From positions 20,710,001-20,774,000 of the forward strand of contig NC_087252.1 in assembly GCF_037042905.1 (NCBI RefSeq): 64,000 nucleotides of DNA, in the 5' to 3' direction. This document shows, piece by piece, positions 25,101-40,100 of this stretch. The position numbers and the translations under genes are program-made. Origin of the DNA: Lytechinus pictus (lineage: Eukaryota). Under the pieces are notes generated by a model. That model was not told where the DNA came from, ran no database searches, and saw only the letters and a program-made list of their open reading frames with translations. The number at the start of each line of letters is the position of its first letter. Position 1 is the first letter of the stretch.

Positions 25101-28100
25101 GGTGAAAGCTCACTAGGTCTTTTATCAATTTGGTTTATTAACATCACTTGGTTTAAAGACACATGATCATCTCTTTTCTTTTAAAAAAAAGTTTACACCG
25201 TGATTCAGATATAAATTACCCAGGGAAGACAAGATTTATTACCTGCTGATGTTACATTATGTCAATGGAAATGACCTTATGGTTTGCACCATTCAGATGC
25301 AAATCGCTCAAGAGAAGACAAGATATATTACCAGCTGACGTCAAATGAAGCCAATGGAAATGACCTTACGGTGAAGTCATTATCTCACTTTACTTGTCTT
25401 GACAGCTGCCCGAGGCTAATCAGACTTGGCTGAAGAATTTCTTTCTGGTACACCAAGTTTGCATTCCCCCCAAAGTTGCCTGTATCACAGATATTTCCAA
25501 TACTTTTCACAAACTATGGGATCATCCAATAATCCACTGATTCCCCATGTAGCTGGTGCCTATATGACTTTAATTGGGCTAACTGGTTTCAGGGTACTCT
25601 ATGTATTTTTTTGTGGGCATATGTTGGTCCTAAAAAAGACCAACCAAACCTGATCAGTGTGTATTTGTCGTCTTCAGGAGTCCATTCTCCTGAAGAGAAT
25701 CCACACTCCAGAGACGGACAGTCAACCTGACCGAAACCTCAAGTAACCTCTCTTCACTTCATCCTGCTACTACTCAAACCATCGCTACTCAAGCCAGCTC
25801 ATCTCATCTGGTTTACAGTCCTTTTCAGGACTTCACTCACTTTCAAGAAAAGAATACTTCTAATTTCCTCTTTCCATCCTTTCTCGTCTTTCCATTTCAA
25901 TCTTTCTGCCTGTATTTCCTTCCCTTCTTCATATTACATATGGTGAATCGTAAACCTTCTCCCCCTTACAAACTCCACCATGCAAACCTACAAAGATCAT
26001 TTGAAGAATCAACACACTTGTCAAAACGTCAAATTTTGGACATCCTTTTCAGGACCAACATATGCCCACGAAAGAATACATGGTGTACCGTAAAACCACT
26101 ACACTATTTCTCATTCGCCATGGAAACCTTCAGAAGTTATATTGGGCTAACTGTCATTTAATCTAGTTATCTACGCTATTTTATTCATGAGTCCACTGTT
26201 TGAAGAGTGTACTCACTAATAAAATAGCGTGGATAACCATGGCAACAGGCGTCAATTTTGCACAATGTGACAAGAGCGCGCATCAGCATTGGACATGTGG
26301 TAAATAAGAGTAATTTATACAGGAAATCTGCATAAACCATGGGTTAAACCGATGGTTTTAAAAACCATCTTTGTGAATTCGGGCCAAGGAGTGCAATCTG
26401 ACTTGCAACGGTTAGAATTGTAAAATAGCAAGATAATATTTGCAATTGATTGCAAATATTTTCTTGCAACACCCCCATAGTCTGTATGGCCTATTTTGGA
26501 GGGAATGTAGGCTCAATCATGAACATGAGATCTTTAGGTTAACTTAAACCTTTCGAGTTGGGATAATGGTCCCACATACCATTTTCTTACATTGTTTTTT
26601 ATCTTTCCTGATTTATCAGGTTTGACCAGAAGTTGATAATCTATGACTCCTCTTCATATCCTGGCAACAGAGGACTCAATCCTGTTTTCTGGTGAGTACA
26701 CAGTTCCACAATTTATCATCTGATCATTTCTGTTCCATATCCCCCCCCCCCTCTCTCTCTCTCTCTCTCTGTTTAGATATAGAAGACTTCATCTTTCTGT
26801 AGTCATTATGCGGATATTATTTTTGCAGTCCAGAGTCTAGGGCCCGTTGCATAAAATTTTGGCCACAAAAAACTCTGTCAAATTTTTTGCCAGAGTTTTT
26901 TAATATGTAATTTTCAATGGCATAATTTTGTTTGCCAGAGATTTTTTATGGCAAAAGTTTTATGCAACGGGCCCCTGATGTAAAACAAAATTTAAAAATG
27001 ATAGATACTCATTCTCTTTATGTTTAAAATTGAGCATATATAAATGTACCTTTTTGTTATGCTAGGAATTAGTTCTCTTTGTTGAATTTCTACGCATATG
27101 TGTATTGTGATACATGGAATTTTTTTTTTTTTCATTAATACATGTACATGTAGTTATAAATAAATCCTCATTAACAAAATGTGTGTAATCACATTTTTCT
27201 ATTGATTTTAGCCAGTGGCAATCAAATTTGGTAACTGTTTATAGCACAATTTTGCTTTTAAATAAAAATTGCTACCTGTTCAGCAAATCCAGTGCACGTC
27301 AACTCGTTCTCGCATGATACTGTATAAGGAAGTGAGCTTTCAAGATTGTAGTGCTTATTAAGAGGTTCATTTACCAGTCATTCCGGGGAAACCAACTCCA
27401 GACCAAGAAAAGCTATTACCTTATTTACCAATGAGGCACAATTGATTGGTTTGAAGTCAGTTTCATTTGTGTGAATGGCACTGCATTTGAGCATGCGATG
27501 CTGGCCCAGTCATTTTGAACCATGAACCTTCTGATGTGACTCCATTTCTCTTTTGTTTATTTTTGTTATAGCAATCCAAAGGCCCATGACGCAGGTATAT
27601 CATGCCTGGTGCTTATAAGGGATTCAGAAAACAATACATGGTGAGTCAGAAGATATTTTAATAATAATAATAATAATTGTCACAATGAGAAAAATATATT
27701 AATAAAAAAATAATGACAATAATGATGATGATAGTAATAGCTGGACTTATAAAGCAATTTTTTGCCTGAGGATACAAATTACGTGCTACTATTATTACCC
27801 CAGGCCAGCTTTAGCTAGAGCTACAACTTAAACACATTGCTCAGTGCATTCAAGGAATCAGTTTTACCGCATACCCATTCACCTCACCTGGATCAAGTAC
27901 AACTAAAGTGTGAATCAATTCCTTGCCAAAGGATATTGCCCCTGAGACATAGTTCAAAATACAAGTTATTTCCAGTGCTTTTCCGAGAAATCATTATTTA
28001 TTTATGATTTTTTTTTTTCTTTTGCATGCAGGCTTGTGACTGGGTCGTTCGACAAGGTAGTGAAGATCTGGTCGCAGGATGGCAAGCTGACCCACCGACT

Positions 28101-31100
28101 GGACGGCTTCCTAGGAACCATCACCGACCTTTGCTACGTACCAAAGAACAAGACCTTGTGGATATCCTCCGGAACTTCACCTGTAGCAGCCCTCTATGAT
28201 CCCAAGTCGGGAGAAAATGTAAGTGTATATGGACCCTGTGATATAAAGCTTAGACCCCGTTCTCACTACCGTCCTAAAACTAGTTTAGTGTAATCTAGTT
28301 TAACTTGTAATGAGAACAGTCAATGTGATCTTGGAAGCAATCTTTCAAACCAGTTCAGAAAACCACCTCTCGATGTAGTTTTGAAGATTGCTTTGCCTCG
28401 TTAAACTGGTTTTAGCATAAGTGAGGACACAACCGTTCTTTAGGAAGAGATCTTCTCACATTTCGAGCACGCTTCTCCACACACTGTATCCAAAATGCCT
28501 ACGCTGCGGTTTCAAATTTCGCGCAAAACATGTCACCCCACTTAGGACGTTCCCATAGCAACAAGATCGCTTTACGTGAAGTGGTTTTGAAAACCACTTT
28601 TGGCTGTTCAAATGTGAACGCTAGCAAATTGATCTTCCAAACTGGTTTCGAGTAAACTAGTTTAAGAAATTATAATGAAAACAGTGTCATAGCAGTTGAT
28701 CATGGGACTGTTTTCTACAATTGATTGTCTTCATTGTTGTGTGTAACCAATTGTAGAAATAATCCCACAATAAATCGCAAAGCTTTATCTGATGGGGTCC
28801 AGGATTGTCAACCGTTTCAAACTGTTTCATGAACCATCTAGTCGAGTTTCATTTTATTTTTTTTCTTTGCTGGAATACGAACCCACAATCCACTGTTTCA
28901 AAGTTTGGACACTAAATCCACTGGACCACGACGCTACATTGATAAATATGTATGTTGTATTTTCTTAACCAGGTTTCTGATTTCATTGGCACCTTCCAAG
29001 ACGAGGAGAACGAGAAGTACCACCTTCAGCACATGAAGTATTTCCCAGAACTCAGTCAGGCAGTCGGTAAGTGGTTGGATTCAGACAATGTACTACTTTA
29101 GGAGGGAGGTACTCTACCACCAGGGCCCCATCATACAAAGAGTTGCGATTGATCCAATCAACCACAACTATGGAAAGCCAGCAATGTCAATTTCTATTAT
29201 GTTTGTACAAAATAATTTCTAACTATGATGTTTGATCATACATTCATTGTTTTCTTGCAAATTCAGTGTCCTTCTCTTCGTTTTCAAAGGACATTGTGCA
29301 CATTTTCTTAGTAAATATTATGACATTGATGGATTTCCATATAGTTGAGGTTGATCGGATCAATCACAACTCCTTATAAGACGGCACCCTGGTCTACACC
29401 CAGCTGGCCTAATTCCACTTTTCTACAACTAGTTTGTTGTTTGTTTCGTTAATGTTCGTAAACTTTGCAGGAATGCATGGTCAATGGGGTTCGAAGCCTC
29501 CGTGGAATGTAGTTAAAGGTGCATTGGTGCATTGGAGCGCGGAAAGAAAGGATAATGTGCGGTAAGGATACGTTGGGCGTATCATTCTAGCTTGTTCTCT
29601 TCGTCACAACAAATTTACAGAATTTAAAATTTGCAAAGTGAAAGTGTTCAAATTCTTACATTTTATGGTAAATCTGATAAACGAATTTACAGGGGAATTT
29701 TGCAAAAGTCTCTCACAGTTTTTCCAGAGTTTTTGCTCATCGAGATTTACCTCTGTTTTTTTCACCTGGTATGACTTGTCGCATAATATAGGATAAGAGG
29801 TCGGTTCACATGTCACTGTTACTCTACAATACACGATGTATGTTATGTCATTATAGATTCCTAATATCTATCAAGAACGGTGTTCTGCAAGTTTGATATT
29901 TGTTTTATCATTTACAATAAAAACGGTCGGTCGGCTCCTAGTCGTCGGGCAAGCTATATCCATATGATATTTGTGATTAGAAAAAGTCTCTTTTATGTAT
30001 TACTAAATGAATGAATGAATGAATGTAGGAGGTGTGAGGATTTTACAGAAATTATAGAACAGACATTTGGTCTAATTTGCCGCGTAGGCTATACCGGTAC
30101 CCGTTTTGTCATTAGCCCACTTTGATATTTAACCACTTAGTCAAAATTTATTGAACTATTTGGGATATGAAGTGAACTTTGGACCATTTGCACAATAGAC
30201 TGAATGTCAATTAGCCCAAGTGATCAATTTGACCTAGGAATGGTTAGACCAAGGGCATGAAGATGAAATGGAGTGATTAACATGAGTACATGTGTTTGGA
30301 AATAAGATACGGTATCAAGATAAAAATTGATACATGTACCGAAAAGAAAGTTCAGAAAATGTAGCTTGGAATTAGAACTCAAATTTTGTACAAAGTTACA
30401 GTATTCCTTTGACTAAGCACTTTTTAACCTTTTCTTCACCTATTAGAGAGATAGAACTGCCCATGAAGTGCTGGTCACTTTTTAATTCTGTTCTCTTAAA
30501 TGCATTGTTGCATTTCACTTTTCAGTTCTTTCATTTGTTTATTTCTTTTCTTGTCATGTTGTAGCAAGTAGCAGTAGAAGACACATCTTAATGTGGAAAT
30601 ACAATCCTCAAGGATGCATTACAACTCTCAAATGTAAACACGCTGTTGAGTGTCTTACCTACAGTAAGTTTCAATGCAATTCATCTCGATTAGTTTCAAG
30701 TATAAACACACCCGAATATTGTTTGCTTCTGATTGCAGTATGCATGTAAAACCATATGAGGTGCATTATAATTCTCAAATGTGAACATGGTGTCTAGTGT
30801 CTTACCGACAGAAAGTTACTATACAATTCAACTGGATTAGTTTCAAGTCTGAACCCACCTTTTATTTTGGGGGTAAAATGCCTCTTTTTCTCTGTTTAAT
30901 ATATAACCATATATGATACATTATAATTTACATCTCAGATTTCAGTCTGCTGTCAATTGTCATGCCTCTAAAAATAATACAATAAGACTCAACCATTTGT
31001 AAATTTAAATGCTCCATGTAGTACCCCTGTTTCATGGTTCAATACTTTTCTTCAGGGAGCTTTACGACTCAAATGTATACATGCTGTCTCATCTGCATTA

Positions 31101-34100
31101 AAGTCTGCCACACAATTACGACTATATATTTGGACAATCATATTTTCCCCTTTAATATTTAACAATTAAAGTACATGTATCTTATGTGTATCTTACATGC
31201 TTTTATTTAGGTCAGTAATGATGCTTACCTACAAAGCAGCAATAGTTCAATTAAAATTCTGTAGAGTATCAATGTTTCATCATTTTTCATTTTCTACTTT
31301 TATTAGCCAAGAAGGACCCGATTCTATTCTTTGATGGCGGGAGTGATGGTCAAGCCAATAATTGGGAAAGATTGCAAACAAATCACTTCATGTACAGGTT
31401 AGTGAATTGGAAATGTTTTTCTCTCTCTTCTTTCTTGCCTAATAAGCCTAATCGCTCTGTAATCATAGAGGCTGAAGCAGTGGCCTTGCATGCGTTGGTG
31501 ATCAGTGTCAGAGATGCTGGTGCATCTCTGACAACTCCATTTACGTGTATTCCTATATCCTCTTAGGGAGGGCGCTATGAGATTGTGATGTCATATGCAT
31601 GAGGTCTACATGCTGCCCCCTCACTTTAAATGAACCAGGATATGTATTTTCTAGTTTCTTGGCTTTGCGCTCGACTTTCTATCTGTGTATGTTTCTTTCT
31701 CTTCATATATTGTTTTCTTGCCTTATCAGCTCTTTTTTATCTGACTGTTCCTCCAAAAAGATCCTTGAACATATCTAAATCAATATGATATCTTTGAAAA
31801 CTGAGACAGGTATGAAGTAATGCCCAGATTATGAAGTGAAATTAGGCTTTAGTTCGGATTTACAGTCAATTTTTTCAAGTCTTTGAGTTCAAGAATCAAA
31901 AGCAAGAAAACACTGCCCCAATGTGACCATATATGTAATCATTTGGATAATGCAATGTCCCACTATTGACCCAAAGCCAAGAGACATTCCTGCTCACCGA
32001 AGCCAAAACCAAACTTGCCCAGTTGAAGAACCAGAAGCGAGAGGAACGTCGCCCTCTTGTGAGCGCATTCGTGCGCAGCCTTCACAACCCGACTCCGAGC
32101 AGCTACTCGTACAGCAAGCCCAGCCAAGGTTCCACGTCAACATACAAACACAGCAACTCAGCATTACTAAAGGCACTATTCGTGGAGTCACTGGACTTAC
32201 TACTACTTGGCTCTGAAGATGGTAACATCTGTAAGTATCTTATCAATCTTTGTCGTCTTTTTCTTGTTAGAGGTAGAGGGTATTATCTGATTTCAATTGA
32301 ATATGGGGGAATTACAATATGAAATGGGTAAGAGAGAAAAGGAGGAAGAGGCTTGACAATTTTTGCATAAAAATCCACAAACTAAGGAATGTCAGCCACT
32401 CAGAGCCGTGTCTTTCATGCAAAAGAATGCAAGCATCCTTTCATCATTTATCACATATTTCACATTAATTTTTCATCCCTTATCACATTCATCATAGAGC
32501 AATTCTTTTAAATTGGCAAACTTTTTTCATCTGACCCCCATTTAACTCCATTCTTATTTCACTTCATTAACTGATCAAGCCATGATAATTTCAGAAAATT
32601 TCAACCATTCATATGAACTCGAAAATAAAGACAAATCTTTTCAAAAAGGTTAATTATTCTATAGAATTGTCCCTTTTAAATTTTTCATTTCAATTTCTAT
32701 ACTCTTATAGACATCTGGGGTTTCGACGATGCGGCTGTCAACGCACTCCGAAACATGAAACCCTCAAGCGACGATGATCTTCTCAAGAAATACCGCATCC
32801 TCCTCGCAAACAACTCAACGGAATCAGGATCAGACAACTCATCAGAATTTGAGGAGACAATATCATTGGAAAATGCCGCAGAGGTAAGGGTTATGTGGAT
32901 GTGTTGCAACAAACTCACAGGCTCGTATTCTGAAGTCAGGTTTAACTTAGGCCACGGTCTAACTCTTTGCTAAAATTATGGGGGTTCAAAAAATTTTAAA
33001 AATTGCCTTGAGCACATAATCAATGTGGATTTGGCGCTTTAGAAATACTTTTTATTATTATCATTCATTATGTTTACTATTTTGTTTCCTTTTGCTTTCA
33101 TAATGAAGAAAAATACTTCAACTACCATTCACCAGCAATTATGGACAATATAGGTGTCATATGAGTTAATAAATTGGATGTGTCTTGTCAGGGATTTGTG
33201 CCCAATTGGCTCACCGTAGTTACAACTTTAAACCAGGGTTAAATTTTAACCCAAGTTCAGAATACAGGCCACAAAGTCTACTGTAGTATATATGGCCCTG
33301 GGAAGGGGGAGGGGGGGCTGATGCACCCCCAAGATATACCTGGGGGTGCTGCATGCATTATTTTCCATAGGCAGCACCCCCTGGAATTCTGTAAGGTGTG
33401 GCAAATGGATAAATATATAAAACAAACATTTTGTAGTGAAACCTTTTTTTTTTTTTTTTTTTCAAATTTCTTGGGGCCAAAATGACCTGCATTTTGTTTT
33501 CAAACTTTTTTTTTTTCTATTTGCTTGTGTCAAATTTCTTGGGCCTAAATGGCCTTCATTTTTTAGTGAAGCCCTTTTTTTGTGTGTGTTTTTTTTCTTT
33601 TGCTTGTCAAATTTACATCAGCACCCCCTGTAAAAAAAAATAGTTCCTAGGACCGTGGTATGGTATTAGGTGGATAATGAACAATAATGATAATATTTAG
33701 TTCTTGTATGGGACATATCTTTTCCCATGAAACATCTATTGGCACTTCCAAGGAACTTCGATATTATTACCGTTGCCTTTGCTTGGCAAGCCTTTAACCG
33801 CTGACAAGCATTTCAAGAAATGAAGTCCTGCCAGGTACACATTCACCTCACTTTGGTTGAGTGAAGCACAATGTGGATCACTTTCTTTTGCTGAAGGAAA
33901 TTATGCCATGGCTGGGAATCGAACCCATGACACTGTTTCAAAATCCTGAGATTAATCTACTGGGCACAATAAGGGATTGTAGTAGATTTAATGAATAATA
34001 TACCAAATCACTTTCCGGAGTACTTCGTGAATAAGAAGAAATGTTGGATGCAAATTTAGTTCAAGAACAATTAGGTATCTAGAAAAGGAAGCTTTGAAGT

Positions 34101-37100
34101 AGCACTTTATATATATATATATATATATATAGGAGATGTTTGCATTGTGCAATCATGTACCCCATTGATGTTCATGAAAGCACATTAAACATGTGAAGAA
34201 TCAAACTATGTTATATATATATAAGTGTACATTTTTTTAAAACATTGACAAGATACAATATGCATGAAGTGCCAAAACATGCAATTCAGTACAACTCTAT
34301 CTACACACAATGAGCAGGAAAGTTGAAAATGAGTCATGTTATGAAATCCTTGCAATATTAAATCTTTCTTTCTTATTTATTTACTTTAGACGGATTCAGT
34401 GACAAACCGTGTTGCCGGTTTTGTGTGTAAGAACGTCCTGTCTGGCCACAGTAGCTGTGTAACAAGCATGTTTCTTGTAGGCAGACAACATGGCTATGGC
34501 ACTACATACTTGGTAAGTCAGATTTAGTTAATGCTCTAGAAATGTTCAAAATAATTGATTAATTCTATTTTCTCTTGAAGAATCTCCTAAACAATCTACT
34601 ACCCTCAAACAGTTGGAAGTGTAAAGGATTATTAGAAAAGCACTGGTGCTGAGGAAGTCCCTCTAGCTCAAATCATGATTGCAGGAAATGAAAATTGGGT
34701 GCTTATTTAGGATGATGCCAGTTAGATTGTACCTTAAGCATGTGAGGAAATGGATTTCTGTGATAATTTGTACGTTGTCTAGTAGGTTCCAAATGTTGCT
34801 ATATGAAACCGAATAAAAATTTGCTATCATATTGCGCATGATGACTACCAGTGGGGAGGGGGAGGGGATGAAAAAAAAAGATGACATATGACTCAAATAA
34901 GGCGGTCTGGGTCCCGTTGCTATATATTACCCTACTTATTTGATTGAGAAACAAAAGATGTCACCCTAAGGGGGTATTGTAAGAAAATATATATCAATTG
35001 CAAATATTCTGTTGAAATTTTACAATTGATTGATCACTTTTAACAACAGCAAAACACTCTTTTTCAAGAAGCAGATCAACGATCAATCACAAATTTACAA
35101 TTAATGTCAAGACATATGATTGATTTAAAACCAAAAACAGACTTGGGATTGATCAGAAGTTTCTTGCAACGCCCCATAAGCCTGTCTTGCCCATTGGCTC
35201 TGCTCCTGGCTACCACCATACAGTATTAATGTTATGCCACACAGATGTTATGACTCTGATTCTGAGAAGTGAACACTCGCAAGGTTTTAACCACTCCCAT
35301 CAGTGACACTGGTGTGTTGGCTCAGTTGGTAGAGCGTCCGTCTCACAACCGGGAGGTCAGGGGTTCAAACCCCGGCCACGTCAGACCAAAAAACGTTTAA
35401 AGATGGGAGTTGCTGCTACCCTTTTTGACGTTCAACGATTAAAGGGATAGAGCCTCTTCGTTCTGGCGCTGCACAGCGGCTGATCAATTGGGGAAGCAAA
35501 TTTTTGGAGTATTTAATTTCATGTCTATTTCGAACAATAAAATATGGATTTTCATCATTTTTTTTTTCCTAAAGACATTTTATTTCAAATTCTCTTTGTA
35601 TCAGGTAAGCTCTGGTTGGGATCGGAGAATATGCATCTGGGACCTGGAGAGTGGAAGGTAGGTTTCTGATCATCATTTTCTGGAAATTATTCCGTTTGAA
35701 TATTAGGGGATGATTTCATAAAGACTTTCATGCATGGCAACCTGCTTCGCTACATGTTTACGTAACTATTGTGGTATGAATGTATTAGTTAGTAAATTAG
35801 TATGTTGTCATTCAAGTGGGTCTATATTATGAAACTACACCGCTCAGAATGTTGAATTATGGGAAATGAACTTGGCCAGATATGAGTAGTTGAGGCCTTG
35901 AGGTGAGGCTATTAAGGCTACTGGTTCGTTTCCCCTTTAAAATGTACAAGTTCCATTGGTATGCATTCCTAGATCATGGATATGCTAAAACACTCAAGAA
36001 TGACACCCCTCTTAGGTATTTTTCAATGGTGGTAAAGGTGGCCGTTTCATAAACCTTGTCACGATAAAAAATTTGGAATAACAGTTAAAAGCTAATGAAA
36101 TACTTCTGGGTCCCATTTCATAAAGACTTGTAGTTGTTATAATAAGAAATGCAGAATTTCTGTAACAAGTTTACTATCAACCAATCAAATTAAAGGATTT
36201 CAGTAGCTTTTAACTGTTACTGTAAATTTGTTATTCTAGCAAGTTTTATGAAACGGGATGCAGATTGGATGATGGGAAATTTGTTACATAAATTGTGCAT
36301 TTGTTACCATAATATGAAATGGGACACTGATCTATAACACAGTATATACATTGTTTTCTATTTCCTAGATTGGTTGATAGATTTAGGAATGTCTCTGGAG
36401 ATGGAATGGACATTGAGGAGCTTGCTTGCGATGGTATCGTCATTGACATGGATTACAGCCATTGTAGGTTCGTATAAACATAGAGCTATCATCGGGTGAT
36501 GTTCGTAGTGAAAAATAGGATGGGTTTTCATTTCAAATTTCTCACACCAAGAGTTGATACTCTCAATTTATTAGAGTGAGAATTTTTTTTTTCTTCCTCC
36601 TTTTTTCAGGGTGCATGCATATTCCAGAAAAGGAAGGAGGAGGAAGAACAAGAACAGAAATGAAAAGGAAAAGAAGAAGTAGAGAAGAAAGAAATAAAGA
36701 AAGAAAGAAAGAAAAGAGAAAGGGAAAGGAGGCAATAGAAGATGATTTTGATGATGATGATGGTGATAATGATGGTGTGGTGATGATGATGAATAGGGTA
36801 AAGACGAGAAAGAATAACAATAGGTGAAAGAAAGAAATGAATAGGATAATAATGTGATGATACTGTTAACCATCTCTCAAGATATGAAGAACAAAAAGAG
36901 AGAATCAGAAAGAATGGGGTAAGGAAAATTATTCTGCATCATGGATTCTACTTCTGGGGTCCGTTGCAGAAAGAGTTGCGTTTAAACGCAAGTCAAAAAA
37001 TCAATCGCAAGTCCCAAATGCGCCCTGTTGATTGGGTGAAAATCAAGTTGCGCATGATTTTTAGAGTTGCGATTGATTGCAACTCTTTCTGCAACGGAAC

Positions 37101-40100
37101 CCAGTTCATCACATTACTGATAGTTATGAATGATGAGAGGAAGTAAGAGAGAAAAAGAGGGAGAAAAGGAAATGATTGAGGAGTTGAAGGGGAGATGAAG
37201 AAGAGCAAGGTTGTACTATTGCTTCCATTTACCTAATATTTCAGGAACGAGTTTGCCTGCGCTTCCGGAGACAAGATGGTGTACATCCGGCACTTCAGCC
37301 AGGTCGGGACTGAGATGACCTTGAGAAATACACTTCAAGGTCACGAAGGAGAGGTCACACAGGTCAAATGGAGTGACTTCACAGCGAACTGGATCACTTC
37401 ATCAGAAGATGGGACTATTAGACTATGGGTATGTGAACAGGGCCCCGTCTTACAAAGTGTTACGATTGATCCAATCAATCGTAACTCTATGGAAAGCCAT
37501 CAGTGTCATGATTTTTTCTACAGGAAATGTGCACAATGTCCTTTGTAAACAAAGAGAAGCACAGTGAATTTTGAAGACAACGATGAATGCATGAATATAC
37601 ATCATAGTTAGAAAATATTTTGAACAACCATGCATAGTAGATGTTGACATTGCTGGCCGTCCATAGTTGCGATCAATCGCAGCTCTTTGTAAGACGGGGC
37701 CCAGATTGACTCCTTGCTTTGGAACACAAAGGATAGCAGTTGATCGTACGCTTGATTTTCACGATTGCTTGTACATCGTAGTCAATGGAACAAAATTGTT
37801 CTACAATCATTACTAAGCTTTGTGGTACGGGCCCCTGGGCCCCGTCTTACAAAGAGATATGATTGATCCAATCAACCTCAACTATATGGAAATTCATTGT
37901 CATATTTTCTCCAGGAAATTTGCCGAATGCCCTTCAGTACACAAAGAGGAGGATACTGAATGGTCAAGACAACGATGAATGCATGAATATACATCTCTAG
38001 CTAGAAAATATTTTGAACAACCGTGCATAGTAGATGCTGACATTTCTGGCCGTCCGTAGTTGCAATCGATCGGATCAATCGCAACTCTTTGTAAGACGGG
38101 GCCCAGATTGACTCCTTGGTTTGTAACACAAAGGTTGGCAATTGATCGTACGCTTGATTTTCACGATTGCTTGTACATCATAGTCAATTGAATCAATGGA
38201 ACAAAATTGTTATTCAATCATTACTAAGCTTTGTGGTACGGGCCCCTGGGCCCCATCTTACAAAGATTAAGAGTTATGATCGATCCAATCGACCTCAACT
38301 ATATGGAAATTCATTGTCATAATATTATCTCCAGGAAATTTGCAGAATGCCCTTTTGTAAACAAAGAGGATACTGAATGGTCAAGTAAAAGATGAATATA
38401 TAGCATATCTTGAAAACATTTCGAATGAACATGCATCCTATATGTTGGAAGTTGCTGGCGATCCATAGTTGTGGTTGGTCGGATCAATCGCAATTCTTAG
38501 TGAGACGGGGCCCTAAACTACATAATTCACATGAGATTTATACTAGAGTTTCTGGCCTGGTTATCATAGCCAAAAGGTTGAAAAATTTCTCTGTGGATTT
38601 AAAGTTTGCAGATATGCTCCAACATAAATGTTTTGGTGAGATCTCTCAATGATTCAAACAAAAGCCAATAAGATTACCTACCAAGTGTTTGTATGTTTAA
38701 ATAAAAAGCATATGCCAAATGATTCTGTGTAATTACAGAGAAATTGGAAAATAAGCATGCTCTTCCATCCGAGTGGAGGGTCTTTATCAAAGCAATAAGC
38801 CTTTTCACGGTTGTAAACTGCGCACGAGCAGAAAAAGGTCATTGGAGACAACCATGAAGGTGGCTTTCAAATTCACTGACATAGGCATTTGTGATTTGAT
38901 GATTATTCATGTATTCCTTTAAAAATATTTATCACATCCAAGCTGAAGAGTAATAAATAGAGCCTTCATAATCACTGGTATTTGACAGTAGCCTTGACAA
39001 TAGTCAAAATCCAAAGGCAGACAATAAAACAGATTTCCCAACTTTATCCCTGATGTACTATTCTAGTCACCTGGTCTATACAATGCCTATTGTTCTTAGA
39101 ATTTGAATACTCTACCGGTAAAGCTTACGCAACATCTACATTTGAAAATGATAGTGCTTATCCTGATGAAAAATCACAAAGGTCATTTGAGAAAAGTTGA
39201 TCAGGAGCTAACCGTGAACTGGCTTATTGTAATACACTGTCCCACATACGCTTATCTGTGTTGGTGATCTTCATTATTCTTGTTTCTCAGCTTGTATTTA
39301 ATGATTACTCAAAGTTAGGTTCATGCTACTGTACCAGACCGAGATCTCTGATGATATTGTGACAAATACCCTTGATTTTCTGGATCTGGATGTAATACAG
39401 TGCAGGACCGTTAGCAGTGGTGTACCTAGGATTTTCCACAGGGGGGGCAAATTCGTCCACCAAAAAATTTGACAAGTCCAAAAAAAAAAAAGGTCTTCAA
39501 CCACAAATAAAGGATTTCGTACCAGAAAAAAAATTGACAAGCAAAAAAAAAAAAAGGTCTTCAAGACTTGTCAGGGGGGGCAGGGATATGTCCCTTGCAT
39601 GGGTTGTGACTCGTCAGGGGGGGCAGTCTGCCCCCCCCCCCCCCGTAGGTACGCTAGTGACCGTTAGGTATAATGCACCGGGCTAGGAGAGGGCGCAAAT
39701 GAGTCTAGTCGAAACGTAGGTGGCTTTCTTCGATCTTGGCTATAAACACCTCTGGTGATGTACTGCTGACAACTTCGTTAGGGAGTTGATTCCAGGCCAA
39801 CGTTGTATTCACCAAAAAAAAAAGAAGATGTTCTCAACATAAATATTGTGTACTGTAACAACAGGTATTAATGAGCCTAGTTAGGAATCAGTTCCATTTT
39901 TGAAAAGCAGGCAATCAAAATCCATATGTTTCCTATTTATTATATATTTTTATTTTTTTGTTGTCTTGTTTTGTTTCAGAGTGCAGATGGAATGACGTGT
40001 GAGCAGGTTATTAACACCCATGGCCCAGTATCTGCTATATGCCTTGATAATGTATCAAAGTGCATCGTGGCAGGAGTTCACAACGTCATCAAGTAAGTTA

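Noticed and set aside
31923..32216. Overlapping 97-aa ORF across exon 12
   Set aside because: Alternative frame of a GC-richer coding exon; not continuous with the neighbouring exons.
35308..35385. tRNA gene
   Set aside because: A and B boxes are present, but there is no proper acceptor stem and it runs into a SINE body. The same applies to the heads at 42713-42880.
36563..36873. Charged and hydrophobic ORFs in intron 16
   Set aside because: Purine-rich low-complexity sequence.
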